This document shows, piece after piece, positions 1-13,845 of a stretch of DNA of 64,000 bases. A program made the position numbers and the translations under genes. Every line of letters starts with the position of its first letter. Position 1 is the first letter of the stretch. The notes below the pieces were generated by a model. That model did no database searches and was not told where the DNA came from. It saw only the letters and a list, made by a program, of their open reading frames with translations. This DNA comes from Octopus vulgaris (taxonomy: Eukaryota): assembly GCA_951406725.2 (NCBI GenBank), contig OX597822.1, positions 101,122,001 to 101,186,000 on the forward strand, in the 5' to 3' direction.

Positions 1-59
1 TCCCCCTTCCTTTTTTTTTTTTTTTTTTTTTTTTTTCTTTCTTAAACCTTCAAAAGAAA

Positions 60-118
60 AGCTCTACCTTGTAATTTGTTCTATCTGTGTGCAGCCCTGT
101 GTGGCTAATAAAGAAACA
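60..118 (+). mobile_element. 3' tail remnant of a non-LTR retroelement, similar to the SINE family C type-1 tail
   Basis: ttgttctatctgtgtgcagccctgtgtggctaataaagaaa resembles the family C tail tttgtcccctctgtgtttagccccttgtgggtagtaaagaaa; followed by (TCTA)n. Confidence 0.45.
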
Positions 119-159
119 TATCTATCTATCTATCTATCCATCCATCCATCCATCCATCC

Positions 160-228
<69 letters not shown>

Positions 229-260
229 GCTACTGTTCTATCTATACACACACACACACA
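119..260. repeat. (TCTA)n/(TCCA)n/(CA)n compound microsatellite
   Basis: direct reading. Confidence 0.95.
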
Positions 261-931
261 GCGTAATATGTAACATATTGTAGATAAATGTGAAGTTTGA
301 GCTTACTAAACTGGAAATGCATATTTTCTTCAAATGTCCATTTAAATTATTACTTTTATATATTTGGAACATCAATGAAAATTAGAAATGATACCAAACA
401 AGAAAAAAAAACAGCGAAAAAAAAAACAAACTAAAATACATAAAACTAAAGAAAGTAAATACTTTTGAAATAGATTTTTGTTCGTAACAGCAAACTGTCA
501 GTTTGAAATGTGAAGTAATTATACAACTGTCCTAAGATTATAAGTACATATATATTCTTAAGAAAATATAGGGAATCAAATTTTAATAAAATTAAATAGA
601 CCGTATGTACTTTAAGACGTTGAAGTCTTATATAAATTTCAACGCAGAACGTATCACAGCTTCACACCACATGAATTCACACGACTCTTAACACATAGAT
701 ACACATATACGCTCACACACATACACGCACACGCACACACATACGAATATGTATACATTATGTATATCGTCTCTACATGTTACGTGCACATGCACTCACT
801 CACATACACACACACGCATACACTTCCACACGCACACACACACACAAATGGAATATGTAAACGAAATTATAGATCAACGTCGTATATGTATCAATATATT
901 TCTTATGCGAATATATCTGTTCCGCAAATAA

Positions 932-2956
<2,025 letters not shown>

Positions 2957-3145
2957 CGTGCTTTCACTTCACTACCGAGCGCAGCTCTGTGTGTCTTGGG
3001 TATGTGCTGTGATTTGTTGTGATGCTCTGATAGTTATTGTATGGAAAGTGTTCTGCGTAGGATGTGTGCAGTGCCTAGTAGTGCAATTTTCTGTATGTTA
3101 TATGTGTTTGTAAGTCCTGGTGTTTTTGTTATGTATTTGTCTGAA

Positions 3146-3146
<1 letters not shown>
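2957..3146 (-). mobile_element. 3' fragment of an R4/Dong-type (restriction-like endonuclease) LINE inside (TAA)n
   Basis: Minus strand reads NIQKIALLGTAHILRRTLSIQ*, a typical R4/Dong C-terminus; flanked on both sides by (TAA)n. Confidence 0.75.

Positions 3147-3215
<69 letters not shown>
3147..3215. repeat. (TTA)n microsatellite
   Basis: direct reading. Confidence 0.95.
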
Positions 3216-3217
<2 letters not shown>

Positions 3218-3344
3218 TATCTCTTATTTACATTTTGTTGGTAATGTAAGATATTTGAGAATTTTCTGTGATTTTTACATTTGGAAGGCGTTACATGAAA
3301 TCACGAAATTTTGGTGTGGTATTCTGTTTCCGCACATGCACGGA

Positions 3345-3543
3345 CGCACACACACAAACTCACACACGCACACACACAAACTCACACACGCACACACACA
3401 CACACGCACACAGTCACAGACCAAAACACATGCACGCACGCACACACACAAACACACACACACATACACACACACACATGCACGCACGCACACACACAAA
3501 CACACACACACACATACACACACGCACACAGTCACAGACCAAA

Positions 3544-3580
<37 letters not shown>

Positions 3581-3829
3581 TGCATGCACGCACACACACA
3601 AACACACACACATATACACACACGCACACAGTCACAGACCAAAACACACACCCACGCACGCACACACACACACACACGCACACACACACACACGCACACA
3701 GTCACAGACCAAAACACACACGCACGCACACACACACACGCACACAGTCACAGACCAAAACACACACACACACACACACATGCATGCACGCACACACACA
3801 AACACATACACACACATACACACACACAC
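3345..3829. repeat. CA-rich minisatellite with recurring core cacgcacacagtcacagaccaaaacaca (5 copies)
   Basis: core recurs near 3403, 3521, 3621, 3691 and 3737. Confidence 0.9.
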
Positions 3830-4011
3830 GGAGCTTCCAAAGCATAAGGTGATGCACAAATACCCAACTCTGAGTGCACAGCATTCTAAAGCAGAAACAG
3901 ATGTTAGATAATGAAGTTCATTGTAATGGTTTATATAATTTTTATTAACTGACATGTTAATTTTCAGGTTCTATATGTGATTGTTTAATCATATTTTGCA
4001 TACACACATGA

Positions 4012-4392
4012 AAGCACTCCGTCGGTTACGACGACGAGGGTTCCGGTTGATCCGAATCAACGGAACAGCCTGCTCGTGAAATTAACGTGTAAGTGGCTGA
4101 GCACTCCACAGACACGTGTACCCTTAACGTAGTTCTCGTGGATATTCAGCGTGACACAGAGAGTGACAAGGCCGGCCCTTTGAAATACAGGTACAACAGA
4201 AACAGGAAGTAAGAGTGAGAGAAAGTTGTGGTGAAAGAGTACAGCAGGGATCACCACCATCCCTTGCCGGAGCCTCGTGGAGTTTTTAGGTGTTTTCGCT
4301 CAATAAACACTCACAACGCCCGGTCTGGGAATCGAAACCGCGATCCTATGACCGCGAGTCCGCTGCCCTAACCACTGGGCCATTGCGCCTCC
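4012..4392 (-). mobile_element. tRNA-derived SINE family A, full length
   Basis: tRNA-like head ggaggcgcaatggcccagtggttagggc..ggtttcgattccc (A/B boxes); near-identical to 7407-7791 and 44700-45084; probable TSD gcatacaca. Confidence 0.9.
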
Positions 4393-5164
4393 GCATACAC
4401 ATATACACATACACACACAAAATACGTGATATAAAAGAACGAGAGATATATAAAGAAGCGAGGAAAAGAAAAACAGATATATAAAAATGGCTTCCGAACA
4501 ATTTTCCTGTCTTCTCTCTTCTACTACGGTAACACACAAACGAAACTTAATATTCCTTCTTCAATCCACTCGAAATGTGTTCACGGAAACCTTGCAAATG
4601 ATCTATCTTAGAATACCATTCTTTACTCTACGAATAAATCGTAATGCTATTTTTTTGTGCAGCAATTTTAAGGCATGGGTGTAGTTCTGCGCATGCGCTA
4701 CTATTTTGAATGAGCTCTTCTCTTCACAACATGCTATTGCTGTTCGTTTGTAAAGGAAAAGATATTGTATCTTTTCAGAAGAAACCGATGAAGCAGAACT
4801 CGTCCTTCGATTAAATTGTTTGAATTTTCACAGTCATTGTGGTCGGCTAACACGCAACTCGTCCTATTAGCTTTAGGAGAATATTATAGGCTGAGGAGTA
4901 TTTAGTAGATGAGTTAAGAAATACTTCTATTAATAACTGTACGAGCGAGCGAATTAGACTTGGTAACAAAGGAATTGGACTGTTTTTTTCAATGTCAAAC
5001 ACGAAAACTATTCTTTCAAACCCTTTGAATGGGCGCTAAAATATAAAATATTACGGAAGGGGAACAAAACAGCTAAACCTCAATACACTCTCTAACAGAG
5101 GGAATAAATTGTATTGACAGACTCTGGAGAGGTGTAGGAAATCGTTTCTCTCCGTGCATTATTA

Positions 5165-5305
5165 TGGCTGTGAGCTGAGACGTTTTCTTTCCAACGACAT
5201 CGTTCTGGGTTCAATCCCACTGTGCAACACTTTGGACAAGAGTCTTCCACTATAGACCAAAACTTTGTGAGTGGATTTAACAGACGAAAACTGAAAGAAC
5301 CATGT
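5165..5305 (+). mobile_element. degenerate SINE family B, 5' half
   Basis: gggttcaatcccactgtgcaacactttggacaagagtcttccactatag..gtgagtggattt..gaaaactgaaagaa matches the B head and body. Confidence 0.7.
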
Positions 5306-5438
5306 CAAGCGGGCGACAAACATAAACACAACGACACACACACACACACCAACACACACACACACCAACACACACACACACACCAACACACACACACACA
5401 CCAACACACACACACACACCAACACACACACATATACC

Positions 5439-5489
<51 letters not shown>

Positions 5490-5800
5490 GGAGCTTCCAA
5501 AGCATAAGGTGATGCACAAGTACCCAGCTCTGAGTGCAAAGTGTTTTAAAGCAGAAACAGATGTTAGATAATGAAGTTCATTGCCTAATTTCCTTTTCCT
5601 TTGTCATTTATTTAACCTCATATTCTAGTCTGTACTCAGCTAACCCTTCCTTCGTGGCTTTTATGAATATTAAGTTCCAGCACCGGATTGTTAGTGTCGT
5701 TATTCGTAAGCGAAACATCAATATAAAATATGTAATATAATATAATACATACTACATACATACATACACACACAGACACACACACACACACACAGACACA

Positions 5801-5858
<58 letters not shown>

Positions 5859-5974
5859 CATACCACATAGATACATACATACATACACACACACACACTC
5901 ATATATATATACATACAGATATGTGTATGTATGTATCTATCTATCTATCTCTCTTTATATATATATATATATAT

Positions 5975-6145
5975 CAATTCAAATAAACGAAGAAGAAAAA
6001 CGAAAACAACGAACGTGACGATTTGCACAAGAAGTGGAGATGCCCAGTGAAATGAGAGAGTTTAACGTTTCGAGCATAGCTCTTCGTCGGAAAGGAAAAA
6101 GGGAAAAGTCCAAAGGAGAAAAAGCAGAAATCGCCAACGGCACAG
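5975..6145 (-). mobile_element. Penelope-like pLTR remnant with hammerhead-like core
   Basis: minus strand ccttt-CCGACGA-A-GAGC-tat-GCTC-GAAACGTT-aaa; similar to 7015-7220 and 34400-34560. Confidence 0.55.
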
Positions 6146-6159
6146 TGTCGTTATATTGC

Positions 6160-6299
6160 TGTTTCCGTCAACTAGATCCACTCACAAAGCTTTGGTCGAT
6201 CCGGAGTTATAGTAGGGGATATTTGCCCACGTTGAGACGTCGTGAAACTAAACCAGGAACCAAGTGATTCGAAAGCAAGCGTCTGACCATACAGTCACG

Positions 6300-6303
<4 letters not shown>
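6160..6303 (-). mobile_element. degenerate SINE family B, 5' half
   Basis: gtttccgtc..atccactcacaaagctttggtcg..ttgccca matches the B consensus (reverse strand). Confidence 0.7.
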
Positions 6304-6366
<63 letters not shown>

Positions 6367-6892
6367 GTATACATCATACATACATACGCACAGACATAAC
6401 AGAGGTAAATGGACACCCCATAAAACATCGTTTTATGCTTATTCTAACATGTAATGGTTTATATTTTTTATTAATTGACATGTTTATTTTTCAGGTTCTA
6501 TATGTGATTGTTTAATCATCCTATGTACAAAAGAAGCCTTGGAACAGTCAAGAAGAATTGAACGGCCTAAAATATTAATGTTACTTTCGTCAGATTTCTG
6601 GTTATGAAATTTTTCTATTTTTCTAAATCGATCAGCAGGCCGATTGAGCAAACCTATTAGTAACGAACCTATAATTTACTACTGGAAACAACTGTAAGTC
6701 AAATTTAATACAATAGAGAAAAATATTTTATTGTGTCTGAGGAGAGTCATTCTCTTTTAGTGCCTTATTAATTTGACACACTCACCGATCTGATTTCCAC
6801 TTATTTACTTGTTATTTTTTACTAAAATTTTCATTGCGACTTGCAACTTCTTCAATAGTATACTTATATACATATATATTATATGTATATAC

Positions 6893-6948
<56 letters not shown>

Positions 6949-7014
6949 GTATATATATATATACTTATATACATATATATTTTTTTCAGTTTTCTTAGCA
7001 TTTTTGTTTTCAAT

Positions 7015-7215
7015 ATGTGACCACGTGTCTATCGTTGGCGATTTTCTTTCTTCGTCTCCCCTTCCTTGGACCTTTCCTTTTTCTATGTTTCTGACGAAGA
7101 GTTCCGCTCGAAACATTTAGTCCTCCTTCTTCCTTTCCTTTCCTTGGCGTCCAATAACACTATACTTGTTCCACGTCCTCGCTTTGTTGTGTTTTCTCTG
7201 TGTTCATGTTTGGAT

Positions 7216-7220
<5 letters not shown>
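7015..7220 (+). mobile_element. Penelope-like pLTR remnant with hammerhead-like core
   Basis: ttt-CTGACGA-A-GAG-ttccg-CTC-GAAAC at 7088-7114 in pyrimidine-rich context, ending in (TA)n. Confidence 0.55.
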
Positions 7221-7251
<31 letters not shown>

Positions 7252-7406
7252 TACATACATATACGTATATATATGTGTATCTGTGTGTATGGATTGTTGA
7301 AAATTTGTGATTACAAACGAAGAAAATAGCTTTCCGTACATCGAGTATAATATGTTTTATTAAAGGCTAAAGCATCTGAATCATGCAAATGTATATATAC
7401 GTGTGT

Positions 7407-7791
7407 GGAGGCGCAATGGCCCAGTGGTTAGGGCAGCGGACTCGCGGTCATAGGGTCGTGGTTTCGATTCCCAGACCGGGCGTTGTGAGTGTTTATTGAG
7501 CGAAAACACCTAAAAAAGCTCCACGAGGCTCCGGCAGGGGATGGTGGTGATCCCTGCTGTACTCTTTCACCACAACTTTCTCTCACTCTTACTTCCTGTT
7601 TCTGTTGTACCTGTATTTCAAGGGGCCGGCCTTGTCACTCTCTGCGTCACGCTGAATATCCCCGAGAACTACGTTAAGGGTGCACGTGTCTGTGGAGTGC
7701 TCAGCCACTTACACGTTAATTTCACGAGCAGGCTGTTCCGTTGATTCGGATCAACCGGAACCCTCGTCGTCGTAACCGACGGAGTGCTTCC
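7407..7791 (+). mobile_element. tRNA-derived SINE family A, full length
   Basis: head with A/B boxes; 3' end cctcgtcgtcgtaaccgacggagtgcttcc; TSD atatacgtgt. Confidence 0.92.
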
Positions 7792-7910
7792 ATCCATATA
7801 CGTGTATATCCATATCTACTAACTTGCTAATGTGCACATATGTAAGTGTGCCCATAAATATCTTTGTGTTATACGTTAGGTGTGAATATATACCTGTGTA
7901 TGTGTAGGTG

Positions 7911-8328
7911 TACTCTTTTCTCTCTCTTTTACTCTTTTACTTGTTTCAGTCATTTGACTGCGGCCATGCTGGAGCACCGCCTTTAGTCGAGTAAATCGAC
8001 CCCGGGACTTATTCTTTGTAAGCCTAGTACTTATTCTATCGGTCTCTTTTGCCGAACCGCTAAGTTACGGGGACGTAAACACACCAGCATCGGTTGTCAA
8101 GCAATGCTAGGGGGACAAACACAGACACACAAACACACACACGCATATATATATATATACATATATACGACAGGCTTCTTTCAGTTTCCGTCTACCAAAT
8201 CCACTCACAAGGCATTGGTCGGCCCGGGGCTATAGCAGAAGACGCTTGCCCAAGATGCCACGCAGTGGGACTGAACCCGGAACCATGTGGTTGGTTAGCA
8301 AGCTACTTACCACACAGCCACTGCTGCG
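7911..8328 (-). mobile_element. SINE family B, full length, with internal (TA)n(TG)n
   Basis: matches copies at 10731, 35775 and 46834; tail (gtaaaaga)n. Confidence 0.9.
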
Positions 8329-8721
8329 GTGTATATATATATATATGTATATATTTGTGCGCGTTTATGCATACGTTTATAAGCGTGTTAGCTTACGTAT
8401 TTGTGTTTAGTGTACTGGAATCAAATAACACTGTAAATTGAAATTTAATGATAAAAGGCGCCAACACAAACAAGACTTGTGTATGGTCCATCGACCCTTT
8501 GTCAAGTATTTAAATATATTTTGTAAAAATATTCTCGACGTTTGCCGATACAATTCACACTCAAGTTTTAATCAGTTCTGTAATCAAAGTTTCTATGGTT
8601 ACGCAGCTATTGTACCTCTACAAGTATGGTTCTCTAGTTAAAAGATTCGCTTTGTGGTCCTTGAGGTTCTTTTCCATGTACATCAGGGCCTTCACAAACT
8701 TAGCCAGGCCCGGGTTGGGTG

Positions 8722-8723
<2 letters not shown>

Positions 8724-8779
<56 letters not shown>

Positions 8780-8875
8780 ATCTATCTATCTATCTGAAAA
8801 AATCTCTCACTCTCTATATACGTATATATATATCAATCTATATATTTACATATGTATGTATCTCTCTCACACACA

Positions 8876-8938
<63 letters not shown>

Positions 8939-8973
8939 GGTATATATAAATATATATATATATATATCTGTAT

Positions 8974-9037
<64 letters not shown>

Positions 9038-9058
9038 TATATCTATATCTGTATGGGT

Positions 9059-9109
<51 letters not shown>

Positions 9110-9374
9110 ACTGTATGTATACATACACACACATCTACAAAATCACATATATGCGAAAACTGGAAGCAGATTTTCTTTGATGTGCAATTTAATTGGTCAC
9201 TAATCGATTTTCTATATTAATTTGTCATCTGCATAATGAAATGTACGGAAATATACATATAACTATCATGGAGGCAAACATATGCAAGAATTACACATAC
9301 ACAACAAACACGCACCCCACAGACATTTACGCGCATACGTGCATGCAATTAATACATACATACTCACATACATG

Positions 9375-9424
<50 letters not shown>

Positions 9425-9625
9425 CATATATATATATACACACACATATATATATATGTATATATATGTATATAGGGTTATACACATATGTATGTATACA
9501 TGTGTTTATATAAATATAAGTATATATTAAGTTTGTATTAATATATAAGTATAAATATATATATATATATATATTATATATATACATATACACATATACA
9601 TATATGTATGATGTATATATGTATA
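8724..9625. repeat. (TA)n-dominated compound microsatellite tract
   Basis: direct reading. Confidence 0.9.
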
Positions 9626-10730
9626 GAGAGCGAGAAAGAAATAGATAGAGAACTGTAGATAACGATGGAAGTCATATTAGGGACTCATAGAATTTATGCG
9701 CGTACACATATTATACACAGACACATACGCACACAAACATATATACACACATGCATGCAATTATATACACCTATATGCTAGTTATTTATTTTCTTTTTCG
9801 CCCTACATGCACATGATGTATCGCGTGCTTACATTTACATTTCATTATACGTAATTTGATGAGTTTACAATGAAGAAAGAAAAGTAAAAGGAAAAAGGAA
9901 AGTGAGTGGTAGTAGATAGCGGTAGTTATCCTTAAGATCTATTTATTTTGTTTATTGTGTTTCTTTTCTCTCGCCCATCAATGGAATACTCTAATCGTTT
10001 TATTTTGCTCCCAGTATGGATACCATTTAATCTAATTTTCGATGCGTCTATTGTAAATGACATGAACATTTCCACATTTGAAATAACACGGGAATTTCCC
10101 ATGATTGTAACTGTAAACGAGCAATACGATGCAAATGTGTATTCATCATTCATTATTAAACTTCTGCTTGAGAAATTTAAACTTTTAATTGGTTAGCCAT
10201 TGATGTTATTGCTTTGGAAATTGTTTGAACTTTCGATATAATTTCATCGGTATTAAAAGTCTTCCTTTCTAGTCTACAATGTAAAAATATTAGGCTTTAA
10301 TTTCATTAGTTGTTAAAATATTTTACTGTCATTTATGTATTTTAATTATTTTATATCGGAATCTGTGAAGATAGCGTTGCTGGTTCACTGCATTGTTAAC
10401 AAGTAAAGTAACATTAAGGCGTCTGTAACGCGTGAGATTTCGTTATTTTTGGCATATTTGATACACACGAAAGATACACTCATGCACATATTCATCATGC
10501 ATATGCACTTGTGCATGCATGTAAACCTAAACAAATACACACTTCTTAAGAAATTAGAATTTACGAAACCGGAATGGAGAAAGCTAATTAGAAGAATACG
10601 TGTACTAATCATAAACGGAGCAGTTAAAATATATAAAACGGAAGTTCGGCATATAAGTCCGTATGCAGATATCTAGACGCGCAGCTCTATGTATGAGCAT
10701 CCATACATAAAACAAAACATAAAAAAATCT

Positions 10731-11152
10731 GCAGGAGTGGCTTTGTGGTAAGTAGCTTGTTTACCAACCACATGGTTCCGGGTTCAGTCCCACTGCGTGG
10801 CATCTTGGGCAAGTGTCTTCTGCTATAGCCCCGGGCCGACCAATGCCTTGTGAGTGGATTTGGTAGACGGAAACTGAAAAGAATCCCGTCGTATATATGT
10901 ATATATATATATATATATATATGCGTGTGTGTGTTTGTGTGTCTGTGTTTGTCCCCCTAGCATTGCTTGACAACCGATGCTGGTGTGTTTATGTACCCGT
11001 TACCTAGCGGTTCGGCAAAAGAGACCGATAGAATAAGTACTGGGCTTACAAAAAGAATAAGTTCCGGGGTCGAGTTGCTCGATTAAAGGCGGTGTTCCAG
11101 CATGGCCGCAGTCAAATGACTGAAACTAGTAAAAGAGTAAAAAGTAAAAGAG
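10731..11152 (+). mobile_element. SINE family B, full length
   Basis: gcaggagtggc..gggttcagtcccactgcgtggcatcttgggcaagtgtc..gcatggccgcagtcaaatgactgaaac. Confidence 0.92.
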
Positions 11153-11321
11153 TATATGCACTGACTCCAAATACTTACACACATAATAACAATCATACTA
11201 ATTATCCTGTTAATGTTGTTGAAAGTCCGGCGGAGTTTGGGATCTAGATTAGAAACTGGCTCTCCCTCTATTGGTTAGGAACCTAGAAATAAAACTTAAT
11301 AACATATATGCATAAATGCAT

Positions 11322-11487
11322 ACAGGCATGGTGTTTATGATGCTAATATCGCAAACGTGTGCTTTCGGGTTCAGTTCCACTGGGCGGCAGCTTGTGTAAC
11401 TATAGTCCTATTTAAAGCACCGGGCTGAATTAATGTCTTGTGAAGAAATTTGATTGACGGAAACTGTGTGGAACCCCATCTCTCCCC

Positions 11488-11577
<90 letters not shown>

Positions 11578-12046
11578 GCAGATACACCCGCATATATGTG
11601 TATGTGCGTGTTTTGTGTTAACCCCCAGGTCACTAACAACTGGTATTGGCTTGTTTATATCTCCTTAACTTATCCTATTTCTTTACTACCCACAAGGGGC
11701 TAAACACAGAGGAGACAAACAACGGCAGACAGACGGATTAAGTCGATTATATCGACCCCAGTGCGTAACTGGGACTTATTTAATCGACCCCGAAAGGATG
11801 AAAGGCAAAGTCGACCTCAGCGGAATTTGAACTCAGAACGCAGCGACGGACGAAATACCGCTAATCATTTCGTCCAGCCTGCTAACCATTCTGCCATTTT
11901 GCCGCCTTATCCGATCAGCAAAAGCCAGCGATACAATGAGTATGAGACTCTAAAAGAAACAAATACAGAGATCATTTTGTTCGACTAAACAATTTAAAGC
12001 GGTGCTCCAGCATGATCGCAACCCAACCACAGTAATAAGTAAAAGT
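11322..12046 (+). mobile_element. old degenerate SINE family B interrupted by a family C SINE
   Basis: B head at 11322-11480; B tail aaagcggtgctccagcatg at ~11996-12046; C insertion at 11676-11908. Confidence 0.65.
11676..11908 (-). mobile_element. SINE family C (tRNA-like head, Meta/Sauria-like central domain)
   Basis: central gtcgactttgcctttcatcctttcggggtcgat; short TSD ttatcc. Confidence 0.88.
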
Positions 12047-12482
12047 ATACTGATACATAAATTTATACACACGCACACACACACACATCCACGCACACAC
12101 GTACATACAAACACACACACATGTACATATACATATATTCCCAATGTATGGGAATATATACACATGTGTAATTTGTTATAAGTACACGATTACCTGTTGA
12201 TGTTAAACCGGTTAGCAAATGAATTAAACCACTCAACCACTCAAGAAGAAGACCAGCCCCACCAATAGGCATTCACGCAGTTTCCGTTTATTAATGTTTT
12301 CACTATAATTGACGAATGAAAAGGATTCTTTTATTGAACGATATAAAGAAAGGGTTACCATAGTACAACTTGAACAAAAACCTATTAAGTGATAATATAC
12401 GAAAACAAAAATAACTAGAATGCTTCCTTTATTTTGCAGCAACTGCACCACTCTTAAGAACGTTTCATAAATACACACACAT

Positions 12483-12537
<55 letters not shown>

Positions 12538-12682
12538 CAGAATTTAGGATACTTGGAATATGTTTGTCACATATTTCAACTACTAAAAGGCAAATAGACT
12601 ACACTTACTGTGGAGAATAAATTTATCTTATGGTAAAAAGGTGTGAAAACACTGTTTCGTTCAGTGTCGCCCTCTATTAGGA

Positions 12683-12730
12683 ATCGCAGACATCGATGTT
12701 TCGAGCTATTTTGGCTCTCGTCAATGAGAT
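12683..12730 (-). ncRNA. type I minimal hammerhead ribozyme-like motif
   Basis: minus strand AUCUCA-UUGACGA-GAGC(caaaaua)GCUC-GAAA-CAUCGAUG-UC/UGCGAU; GUC triplet, palindromic helix III, C3-to-U variant. Confidence 0.65.
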
Positions 12731-12772
12731 GTATCTAAGAGAGTCAACCCTGAACGAACTTAGAAAACTATG

Positions 12773-12848
12773 ACCCGGTCTGGGAATCGAAACCGCGATC
12801 CTACGACCGCGAGTCCGCTGCCCTAACCACTGGGCCATTGCGCCTCCA
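12773..12848 (-). mobile_element. SINE family A head-only fragment inserted in the fold-back
   Basis: cccggtctgggaatcgaaaccgcgatcctacgaccgcgagtccgctgccctaaccactgggccattgcgcctcc; absent from the opposite arm. Confidence 0.88.
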
Positions 12849-13379
12849 CATAGCATTATATATAATCTAGTCAATACATTGACTAATTTTTGCTAGCAGA
12901 TCGCCCGATCGAAGTAAACAACGAAGCAGTTTTTAGGTATGAGCAGAATTTAGGCTAGCCGAAATATATCTGTCACATATTTCAACTGCTGGAAGACAAA
13001 TACACTTGCCTAAATTCTGCTCAAACCTAAACACCGCTTCGTGTTAACACTTCGTTGTTTACCTCGATTGGGTGATCTAGTAGCACAAATCAGTCAATAT
13101 ATTGACTGGAATATACATAAAGCTAAAGCTTTCTAAGTTCGTTCAAGGATGCCTCTCTTAGGTAGAGGCAAAATAGCTCGGAACATCGATGTCTGAGATT
13201 GCTAATAGAGGCGACACTGTATGAACCGGTGTTTGCACACCATTTTATCTTAAGAGACATTTATACTCCACAGTAACTGCTGTGGGATTGCATTTTAACA
13301 GTTAAGATATGCCAGAAACATATTTCAGCTAGCCTAAATTCTGCTCATGCATAAAATCTGCTTCGCGCAAACGCTTCGT

Positions 13380-13802
13380 TATGTATACATACGTATTTAT
13401 GTATGTATGTATGTATGTATGTATGTATGTATGTATGTATGTATGTATGTATTAATATGTGTGTGTATATGTATGTACGCATGTATGTATGTATGTATGT
13501 ATGTATGTATGTGTCTATGTATCTATGTACACACACACACACACACATACCAGTTTCAAAAATTAAACAGAGGAACTACTAAGAAACTTATGTAAAATTC
13601 AAATACAAGATAAGGACATGCTCGTTTTTTGTCAATTATCGTCGGAAAAATCATTACTATTTCACGCCTCATATATATACATACATGCACATATATATAT
13701 ATATATGTGTCATATATATACATACATGCACATATATATATACGTATACATACACACACGCACATATGTGTGTGTGTGTATGTATATATCTGTATTTATA
13801 TG

Positions 13803-13845
<43 letters not shown>

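Larger units (their letters stand above)
12534..13347. mobile_element. fold-back of two inverted ~325-bp hammerhead-containing units (Penelope pLTR or retrozyme-like)
   Basis: tgagcagaatttagg at 12534 and 12940; its reverse complement cctaaattctgctca at ~13009 and 13333; arms are diverged reverse complements along their length; hammerhead motif in the arms. Confidence 0.75.

Noticed and set aside
3120-3955. Long His/Thr- or Cys/Val-rich ORFs (also 8595-9593, 13618-14159, 48760-49580, 54337-55026, 57639-58151)
   Set aside because: Translations of (CA)n, (TA)n and (CATA)n microsatellites that lack stops by composition; not genes.
7407-7480. tRNA-like sequence (also the heads of families A2, B and C)
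   Set aside because: These are SINE heads with A/B boxes continuing into SINE bodies; no complete cloverleaf.
9932-10330. Overlapping 73-82 aa ORFs in AT-rich unique sequence
   Set aside because: No recognisable motif or splice context; possibly an ancient transposon remnant, but I cannot support this.
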